NCBI RefSeq assembly: GCF_006345805.1
Contig: NC_043000.1
Location: 9,610,001 to 9,674,000, forward strand
Length of the DNA stretch: 64,000 nt
Origin: Octopus sinensis
Taxonomy: Eukaryota
Reading direction: 5' to 3'
Under the pieces are notes generated by a model. It did not search any database. It was given only the letters and a program-made list of their open reading frames with translations, and was not told the origin of the DNA. This document shows, one piece after another, positions 53,027 through 64,000 of the stretch; position 1 is the stretch's first letter, and each line of letters starts with the position of its first letter. The position numbers and the translations under genes are program-made.

Positions 53027-53539
53027 AATTTACCCGGTCAAGTAGAGGTGCTTTTATTTAATCGAGCTGGCAGAATCGTTAGCAAGCCGGGCAAAATACT
53101 TTGCGGCATTTCGTCCGTCCTTAAGTTCTGAGTTCAAATTCCGTCGGGGTCGACAGATTAAGTACCAGCTTAACACTGTTGTCGATGTAATCGACTTACA
53201 AGTTCCCCAGCAATTGCTGGCCTTGTGCCAAAATTTGAAGCCAATAATAACTCATCACTGCATTAAAAAAGAAAAAAAAAGTTGTCAGGTAGAATCATTA
53301 GACCGCTGAGAAAAACAAAATTCTCTGATGTATTTGTTTTTGAATTCAAATCAGACCAACGTCGTACTATGATGTTTAGGAAACAACATAGATTTAGAAA
53401 CAAATTTGTTGTTTTTAAATAAATTGTAAATCTATTCTTGACTTGGAAATATTATAAAACGCTTAAAAGATTCTTCAGAATTATATTACATAGAATTTGA
53501 TAACGATTAAAACGTAAACTGAAACAAAACACGACAGGA

Positions 53540-53720
53540 ACAGCATTTGTAGGAAGCAGACGAACGGTAGATGTAAAGTAGTTGGTGTTTTATTTTAAAA
53601 TTTTAATATCTCATTTTCTTTTTCTTTGGCACTGGTGGATTAGAATATTAAAATAGTTATTTTAAAATGTTATCTTGGAATTTCAAAATGAAATGCACAC
53701 TTTGTTAAAAGCTTACGTAT
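53540..53720 (+). repeat. ~180-bp AT-rich repeat, also at 55015-55195 (+) and 55247-55340 (-)
   Basis: acgg.gatgtaaagtag.tg.tgtttt.ttt...ttttggcactggt...agaa.attaaaat...tgttaaaagctt is shared. Confidence 0.75.
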
Positions 53721-53800
53721 TATATATATACATGTATTCTTTATATATATATATGTATACACACACACACACACACATATAGAATACATATATATATATC

Positions 53801-53880
<80 letters not shown>

Positions 53881-53894
53881 GTATGTATATATAT

Positions 53895-54233
53895 ATATTC
53901 TTGTATTTCTTTCAGTCATATTACCTAGGGCCATGCTGACGAACCGCCTTTAGTCGAACAAATCGACCCCAAGACTTATACTTTGTAAGCCAAGTATTAA
54001 TTCTATCGGTTCCTTTTGCCGAACCGTTACGGGGTTACGGGGATGTAAACGCACCAACATCGGTTATCAAGTGATGGTGGGGAGTCACACACACACGCCT
54101 ACCAAATCCACTGACAAGGCTTTGGTCGGCCCGAGGTTATAGTAGAAGACACTTTCCCAAGGTTTCATGCAGTGAGACTGAACTCGGAACCATGTGGCTG
54201 GTAAGCAAGCGACTTACCACAGCTACTCCTGCT

Positions 54234-54237
<4 letters not shown>
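53895..54237 (-). mobile_element. SINE family A
   Basis: Both halves in reverse complement, ending ttaccacagctactcctgctccta. Confidence 0.85.
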
Positions 54238-54294
<57 letters not shown>

Positions 54295-55672
54295 GTGTGT
54301 GTGTGTGTGTCTGTATATATATATATGTGTGTGTGTGTGCGTGTGCATGCATACATACACCTGAACGCACTTACATAAACCATAGCCGTTACACACAAGC
54401 GAATATTACTTGGCAGCATGTACCATGCTTTCGCTAATTATTTCGACGCCTATGTAATCGCGAGCAGTGTTAGACAACCTCTTTTCACTCCCACCGTCCA
54501 TCCAGCGAGAATAAGACAGCTGGGTGGAGAGAGAGTTGCGCCAGAGCTGGGATGATACCCAGTATAGCTGTCTATATTGGAGTAGTGGGAAATGAAGTGC
54601 CTTGCTGAAGGACCCTTGCTCTAGGAATCAAACCGACGGCCTTGCGATCGTGAACCTAACACCCTGACCACCAGGCGAATTGGCAGATTCATTAAAGCGT
54701 AGGGCAGAATGTTCTTCGACATTTGTTCTGATTGTCTGTGCATTGAGTTAAAATTCTATCAAAGTCAACTGTGTCTTTTATCTTTTTGGGTTAAAAAAAA
54801 AAGAAGTAGTCCAGCGATAGGGATTGTCGGAACTGATAAAGCATCGAAAGGCATGTATACAGCATCTGGGCATCTGTTCTGTCTCTGCCCGTTCTGAGTT
54901 CAAATTCCGCCTCCAGTCACCTGAAATGATTCTACTTCTGTTAGGAGCTGATAACATGACGAGGCAAAAGAAAATTTTACACTGTATTACTTGCCAACAG
55001 AATGGTGAAAATCTGTAGAAGCCAGACCAAACGGTGGATGTAAAGTAGCTGATGTTTTTATTTTATAATTTTAATATCACGTTTTATCTTATTTACTTTT
55101 GGCACTGGTAGTGTAGAACATTAAAATATTTATTTTAAAATGCTAGCTTAGAATTTAAAAATGAAACACGCACTCTGTTAAAAGCTTGCGCCAGAGTATA
55201 TATTACATATATTGTTCATGTGTATGAAAATGATAAACAATGTATTTCATTTTGAAATACCTAGATAACATTTTGAGATAATCATTTTAATGTTCTTGCC
55301 GTCCAATGCCAAAAGTTAAGAAGAAAAGTAAAATTTATTTATGAAATGGCAATCAACCAGGGTAAAAGGAGAGCGCTTTCATGTGTTAATGTGCCGTCTG
55401 TAGATATACGGTGAAATCGTTTGCATATTGGATGGATGGCATCAACAAATCCCCTTCCTGAAAAATTGCTGGCTTTGCACCTAAATCGGAAACTATTATT
55501 AAAATGAGCCGAAGCTGGCACAATCCCTAGAACGTTGGAAAAATGTCTGGCATTGGTTCTTTGGAGTCTTTACATTCTGACTTTAATTCCTAGAAAGGTC
55601 GACTTTGCTTTCATCCTTTGGGATTAATAAAATAAGTACCAGTTGAACATTGGGGTCGGTTTGTATAATCGT

Positions 55673-56008
55673 TCAAAAGGTCCCTGAATAAGGGTTGTTT
55701 AAGATTGTTGGACGAAACACCCATGTTTCCAGAGGTGAATTATTCAAACCCCAAAGAATACCTCTCAACACATGGCTATGATGCTCCCCCACAACTTCTG
55801 CTCGTGATAGAGATGCACATATCGTCAGCCACTAAGGGACATGGTCAACTGGTTAAGGTCAAACAACTGACAAGCAAATCTGTGGTATTGAGCAGAATAT
55901 TTGCTGTAGCCCATCTTTTATACCAAGACAAAACAATGTACATGATAACACTTCCAATCAGTTAAGAGCAGAAGCCATGAGAGCCACTGTCTTGTACTGC
56001 ATCAGGGC

Positions 56009-56045
<37 letters not shown>

Positions 56046-56143
56046 GAGCAAGAGAGCAGCGCATGCCATGAAAGTAACACTGGTAAATATGTATAAAGCC
56101 CAATATACCCATCATGACTACCCGTCTGATAAGAGTATACCAG
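55673..56143 (-). mobile_element. Two partial copies of the 5991-6560 element joined by (ATT)n
   Basis: 55673-56009 matches 6209-6544; 56046-56143 matches 5991-6088. Confidence 0.85.
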
Positions 56144-56263
56144 AATCGTTTGTGAGAGCAGTCGGGTATATTTCAGATATCCTCATTTTAAAAATCATCT
56201 CTAGCTAATCGTTGAGAGGACGTTGGTGTTGTCTTGACAGAGGGTTGCGCTCTGTGAGTGCTC

Positions 56264-56334
<71 letters not shown>

Positions 56335-56749
56335 CACCCATGAGTATACATGTGCCCATGTAGCTATGTATTTAAGTGTGCGTGTCAGTGTGTAAGTAGT
56401 TTATTTCTCTTATTTTGTTATTTTACTAATGCAAATGGATAAGCATTTATATGAGCAGACGCGAACACCAAGCTATTCAATATATGCAGTATAGCCTATT
56501 AATTCATTCATCACACATCCCATACATACATACATACATACATACATACATACATACATACATACATACATACATAGTACGAATGTATTGTTTTTATTGT
56601 TTATTTTATCTGCAAGGGAGGAGAAATATCTTGTTAGGAATGCATCGCATAGTCGTAAATGAAGTACGACATCAATTAATCTTTACATATTTATTTCATT
56701 TATGTTTTTGTTTTTCTCATATCGACTGTAAGGCGATATATATATATAT

Positions 56750-57144
56750 ACTAGCAGTATAGCCCGGTGTTGCTCGGGTTTGTAAGGGAAATAACTATAT
56801 AAGCATTTTTAGAGAGTTATAGCCAAAAAATAGCAGAAAAATGCATTAAAAATGGAAAAAAATTATGGTAAATTTTTTTAAAAATCGTTGACGCATCGTA
56901 GACACTTTTAGAGATTTACTTCCCTTATATAATAGCGAAAAAATGCATTAAAATGCAAAAAAATTATGGTAAATTTTTTTTTAAATCGTAGACTCATCGT
57001 AGACGCGCGCTAATACCCAGAAGGGCTCGATATGAATCACGACTATAAGATACCCGGTTTTGGTTAAACTGCACCGCAAAATGTGGGAGGAGTTAGGAAT
57101 CTAAATCGTAGGAGACAGACACACAACTTCACTTTTATATATAA

Positions 57145-57148
<4 letters not shown>
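56750..57148 (+). mobile_element. HINE family 1, short variant
   Basis: ctagcagtatagcccggtgttgctcgggtttgtaaggg...ggagacagacacacaacttcacttttatatataaagat. Confidence 0.75.
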
Positions 57149-57181
<33 letters not shown>

Positions 57182-57183
<2 letters not shown>

Positions 57184-57505
57184 CATAGGAGTGGCTGTGT
57201 GGCAAGTAGCTTGCTTACGAACCACATGGTTCCGGGTTCAGTCCCACTGCGTGGCACCTTGAGCAAGTGTCTTCTATTATAGCCTCGGGCCGACCAACGC
57301 CTTGTGAGTGAATTTGGTAGACGGAAACTGAAAGCTCGTCGTATATATGTATATATATTCGTTTGTGTGTCTGTGTTTGTCCCCCCAACATCGCTTGACA
57401 ACCGATGCTGATGTGTTTACGTCCCCGTAACTTAGCGGCTCGGCAAAAGAGACCGATAGAATAAGTACTAGGCTTCCAAAGAATAAGTCCTGGGGTCGAC
57501 AAAAG
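57182..57505 (+). mobile_element. SINE family A
   Basis: ggcataggagtggctgtgtggcaagtagc...gaataagtcctggggtcgac. Confidence 0.88.
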
Positions 57506-57699
57506 GCGGATGGCCTGGGCTTTAGAGAAGTAGATGAAGGTGGTTTGTACAATGTCAATCAATTAACTATTTGGGTAATGTAGTGCCTTGAGTTCAAATT
57601 AAGTTATTAGAGAGTTTCTTAATGGTAAACCACCTCTGAAAAATATTCTCGGGCCTTTCATTAATGTTATACTTCATATTGATAATATTAGTCGTGTCC

Positions 57700-58100
57700 A
57701 AGGCGGCAAGCTGGCAGAATCATTTGCAAGTTGGGCAAAATGCTTAGCGGCATTTCGTCCGTCTACGTTCTGAGCTCAAATTCCGCCGAGGTAGACTTTG
57801 CCGTTCATACTTTTGGGGTCGATAAATTAAGTAATAGTCAAATACTGGGCTCGATGTAATCGCCTGTTACCCTCCTCAAAATTACTGGCTTTGTGCCAAA
57901 ATTCGAAACCTATATTAGTCAAGTTTATGGCGGCAAGCTAGTAAAATGTTTCACGTTCTGAGTTCAAATTCTGCCCAGGTCGACTTTACCTTTCATTCTT
58001 CCTGTGTCTATAAAAGACGTGCTAGTTCAGCACTGGGGTGGATGTAATCGACTTAACAACTCAACCAAAATTTCTGGCCTTGTGCTAAAATTTGATATCA
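57700..58100 (+). mobile_element. Two SINE-B copies
   Basis: aaggcggcaagctggcagaatc...; second head tggcggcaagctagtaaaatg. Confidence 0.8.
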
Positions 58101-58542
58101 GTACTAGTAGTTTCCATACTGTATGGGATGTACTCAGGGACCTGTGGGGATTATAAATTTGCATCTCTTCGTCATAATCCCTAGCTCAGAATTACCAAGA
58201 CTCTGTATAAAAGTGAGATTACTTTTGTTCTCCATCATCACATTGTTAATACATCCAGCTAAAACTCTTTGTATTTGTTTATTTTTTCAATTTGTATGCA
58301 AGATTAATATCTAATTGTATAGTGACTTTTAATATATATAGTAGCTACTTATTACTAGAAATTCAAGCACAATATCAAGCGTATTGTCACCGGTAATTCT
58401 ATCAGTAATCATAATATGCTAGTCATGGTTTATCACAGGCTTTGGAGCATATTTCTCTCTTTCAGTATTGATTTTTGTTTGTGTCTTTGCGTACTGTGTA
58501 TCAAAATTATTGCCAACGTGATTATGTCGTGATGCATAATCC

Positions 58543-58727
58543 GATTTATTTAATATTGGATATTGAGTTCAGGGCATAAATATAAACTACAAAGCCTAAG
58601 TCTCACATTTCTTTAGAACTGAAAAATATTTGTGATTTATTTAATATTGGATATTGAGTTCAGGGCATAAATATCGACTACAAAGCCTAAGTTTCACGTT
58701 TCTTTAGAACTCAAAAATATTTGTGAT
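58543..58727. repeat. 91-bp tandem duplication
   Basis: gatttatttaatattggatattgagttcagggcataaatat...tttagaact.aaaaatatttgtgat at 58543 and 58634. Confidence 0.95.
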
Positions 58728-58908
58728 GGTATGATATATCGACAGTTTTTTTTTTCGTACTGCTACAACACTTTCTTTTGTACACCCCTGACACAATTAA
58801 TACACTTCTACACACGCAATAAATTCCCACGCATGCATTTATGTTCCAGAGATCTGAAAGACTGGTTATGCAAAACTTCGCCTATCGATGCTTTTCTTAA
58901 TAAAAATA

Positions 58909-59283
58909 ATCTCTCTCTATATAAAGCTGAAGTTGTCTGTGTATGGCAGGTTTGGTGGCCTTCAACTAACACTATCTCCTCCGAGACCCAAAATTGAGAG
59001 TATGATAGAAGAAGGCTTGCTCTTCCTTCCGTAGAAAGAAAATTCAAATCAGACCATGTTAACACCAAAAATTATTTACATTAAAAAGGTGGGTTTTTTT
59101 ATGAAAACCCCTACTTTTTACGATTTTTTGACTGCTGTGTCGCCATTTTTCGGTGTATTTCAACCAGAAAAATGTTCACTTAATGAGAATAACAAGCTAC
59201 ATAATGCAAAATTTTTACTTTTCAAAAATTCCAATTCTAAAGGGTCGAAACAAACCCGAGCAACGCCGGGCGATACTGCTAGT
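58909..59283 (-). mobile_element. HINE family 3 (same 5' ~30 bp as family 1, different interior)
   Basis: + strand ends aaacccgagcaacgccgggcgatactgctag; the other end reads atctctctctatataaagctgaagttgtctgtgt. Confidence 0.7.
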
Positions 59284-59884
59284 CATTGATATTATTCACT
59301 TTGCTTAAGAACACAACGCACCGCCCGATCAGGGAATTTAAAACTACGATTTCGCAATCATGAATGCCACATCCTAACCACTAGGCCACACGACTTCACT
59401 TTCATCCATTCGGGTCGATAAAATAACCTACCTTCACGCACTGGGGCTGATGTAACTAACTCACTCTTCCCCTCAAAACTGCTGACCTGGTGCCAAAATT
59501 AGAAAGCATTATTATTCACCAGTAGTTTCGTAGCTGCTGGTATGCCAGCCGAACTGTCTTCCTCTCGATTGTCAAGTTACTGTAATGTCCCAGCTTAAGA
59601 ATAGAAGAAACGTTTTGCAATTTCTGGTAATCTTTGACTAAACACATTAGTACACGTTGAGTAAACAGATAAGAGCTGTTTCTTCAGTGCAATGTCATAT
59701 TGCATTGCTATTTACTTAAGCATTCTCTCTCCTCTTCTGTGATGTATGTGGCACTACAACCGGCTGACATTTCCTTCTCGTTGATACATTCCAAAGACAG
59801 TGAAAGCTTGCTTCTTTCGCAGAAATGTTATTTCTAGTCTACTCGTTTTATCGATTATACACCACCCCTCTTCCTTTTGCAGCT

Positions 59885-60295
59885 TCGCATCATCCTCATC
59901 ATCATCATCGTCGTCGCCATCTCCCCTCACCATTATCCTCATCACCACCAATATCCTCCTCCTCCTCCTCCTCCTCATCGTCGTCGTCGTCGCCATCCTG
60001 CCTCCTCATTATCACCATCACCACCGACGCCATCACCACCCTCCTCCTCATCATCATCATCATCTTCATCATCATCGTCGTCGTCGCCATCCGCCCTCCT
60101 CTTTATCATCATCACCACCAATATCTTCCTCACCTTCCTCCTTCTCCTCATCATAATCGTCATCATAATCGTCATCATCAGCATCACTACCATTGTCCTC
60201 CTCCCGCTTCTCAGCATCATCATCCTCATCATCCCCACGACGACCACCATTATGATTCCCACCACCATCATGATCATCCTAATCATCATGATCGA
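59885..60295. repeat. Cryptic (CAT/CCT/CGT)n trinucleotide tract
   Basis: Visible; similar tracts at 13320-13630 and 28330-28765. Confidence 0.9.
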
Positions 60296-60645
60296 CAACA
60301 ATTATTTTTAAAAGTATCAAAGTTTCACGTTTATAAAATCAACGTAGCCTTGCCTTCATCTTTTATAAATCCTTAAATCCTTAAAAATGTTTTAGCCCGA
60401 AGGCCGCGGCCATGCTGGGGCACCACCGCTGAGTATTACAAATAAATTATTTCCTCTATATTCAAGGTCATTTCATATTGAGCATTACACAGAATATCTG
60501 TAACTCTTACATCCACATCTCCATTGTACTGTCTCTCAATCAGTTGATTCTTCTTGGTGAGGTTTCCAGTGTTTCCATGACAACAGAAATCACTTTCGGT
60601 CTCATTATTAGAATTTTCTCAAGTTGTCTGATGTTGACACTTCAC

Positions 60646-60728
60646 AATATTTACCGGGTGCCGTTTCCTTCAGCATGGAATCTAGATGTATTTAAAATAT
60701 TTACCGGGTGCCGTTTCCTTCAGCATGG
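60646..60728. repeat. 33-bp direct repeat x2 with a 17-bp spacer
   Basis: aatatttaccgggtgccgtttccttcagcatgg at 60646 and 60696. Confidence 0.95.
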
Positions 60729-60864
60729 TAATTTTCTACCTTGATAATGTTCTGTCTGTCTGTCTCTCTCTCGCTCACACACACACACATTATGTTTTAT
60801 TGATAATACTGAATGTCTGGAATGCGGACAACTTTGATTTGAATTTACCATCTTTTATCTTTTA

Positions 60865-61262
60865 TATTTTAATTGCTCCCATCATTGGACTGCGGCCATA
60901 CTAGGACATCACCTTGAGAAGTGTAGTCGAACAAAGTAACCTTGGTACTTTTTTAAAAATCTGATACTTATTCCATCTTTCCATTTTGCGGAACCGGTAT
61001 GCTACAAAGATATAAATAAACCATCACCAGTTGTTAAGCAGTAGGGGACAAACACAAACATACACACACATGCACACAAGTACACACACATATACACACA
61101 TATATATTCGACGGTTTTCACATAGTTTCCGTTTACCAAATTCACACACAAGGCATTAGTCGCCTCGTGACTATATTAGAAGAGGCTTGCTCAAGGTTCC
61201 CCGCAGTGGGACTGAACCCGAAACCAAGAAGTTCCAAAGAGAGCTTTTTAACAGCAGAGCCC
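60865..61262 (-). mobile_element. SINE family A, old diverged copy
   Basis: ggactgcggccat...gtttccgtttaccaaattcacacacaaggc...gcagtgggactgaacccgaaacc. Confidence 0.75.
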
Positions 61263-61289
61263 TGTTTGAATTTACATAGTTTTTGTGCT

Positions 61290-63110
<1,821 letters not shown>

Positions 63111-64000
63111 TTTCACATTGATATTTGACTTCACCTTTCCTTTCTCTTTATAAAAAAGATATTGTACATTTGATAATGAAATGTTTCACCAAACTATTCT
63201 ATATCAAACTGTATCTAAGAATCGATCCTTTTGTTACTTCTAAAATAAATTATGAAATTGTCCATGAATGACTGATTCTTTCATTATTTTGGTTCCGTGA
63301 TTTTTCACTTTCATAATACAAAAAGACAGCGATGTAAACGATAAAATATAGAAGCGGCGAATATTTATCTTCCTGGAAAATAACACTTTGAATCTCAATT
63401 TCATTCGAGGATGCTTGAACATATGTCAAACCAACTTCTTATTGAATGTCAGTAACCTTTTGTTATTGTGGATTTCTAACCTTTTCAGTTACCCAACGAA
63501 ACTTTGTGGAGCTGAAGAAGTTAAAATAGGCGGAAACTGTTTATAACAATGAGAGTATTATAAGAGAAGCTAACCCCCGGACGGAGGAATAGCTATATTT
63601 TGGACAAAAGCATGAAAGATACAAATAAAAACCTCATCACCAGTACAACAAATATGAAAAAGAAATCAGTAGTGATAGTAACACATCCACACACGAAACG
63701 GTAATGCCCAAAGCAATAGTAAAAACGAGAACAGCAATACAGAGTCTTTGCTGGTAACACATCATATGGATCGTTGTTTTTATTAGGGTCACAATGTAGG
63801 GATTGTTATTATTGTGGGACCCTGGGTTGGTGGTGACTGCAATTAAGGATTAACACGAACTTAGAAAAGACGACAATTACAGCGTGGAAGATACATATTA
63901 GCCATTCAAAATACACAAAGACTGTTAACTTCACTTAGACATTTATCATTTGGTGTCAAAATGTTCGTTGGTGGGATGAAAATTTCGCCAACAAATAATA

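Noticed and set aside
59800-60376. His/Pro/Ser-rich ORFs
   Set aside because: Cryptic trinucleotide repeat open in several frames, with no splice or start context.
63489-63546. Acceptor ctaaccttttcag followed by YPTKLCGAEEVKIGGNCL
   Set aside because: All three frames stop within 20 codons and there is no donor.

Overview
AT-rich, microsatellite-dense eukaryotic DNA that is almost entirely transposon-derived. The tRNA-SINE families and repeat landscape look like an octopod/coleoid cephalopod genome (inference from pattern recognition, not a search). No host protein-coding gene can be supported. The only long ORF (45854-48256, 800 aa) is the 5'-truncated ORF2 (RT + C-terminal zinc-binding motif) of a young Tx1/L1-like LINE. 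Its 3' end occurs three times in a row, each copy running directly into (TCTA)n with no poly(A), which suggests microsatellite targeting. Also present: at least four R4/Dong-like RLE-LINE 3' ends embedded in (AAT)n, Helentron-like non-autonomous elements in (TA)n (two forming a ~500 bp inverted pair), three tRNA-SINE families (one with 184-bp internal multimers, one shuffling head and tail modules), MITEs, Tigger, RTE and Penelope-like relics (two with hammerhead-like motifs), and local duplications, one of which shows codon-like divergence. Coordinates of diverged repeats are approximate (about +/-10-30 nt).
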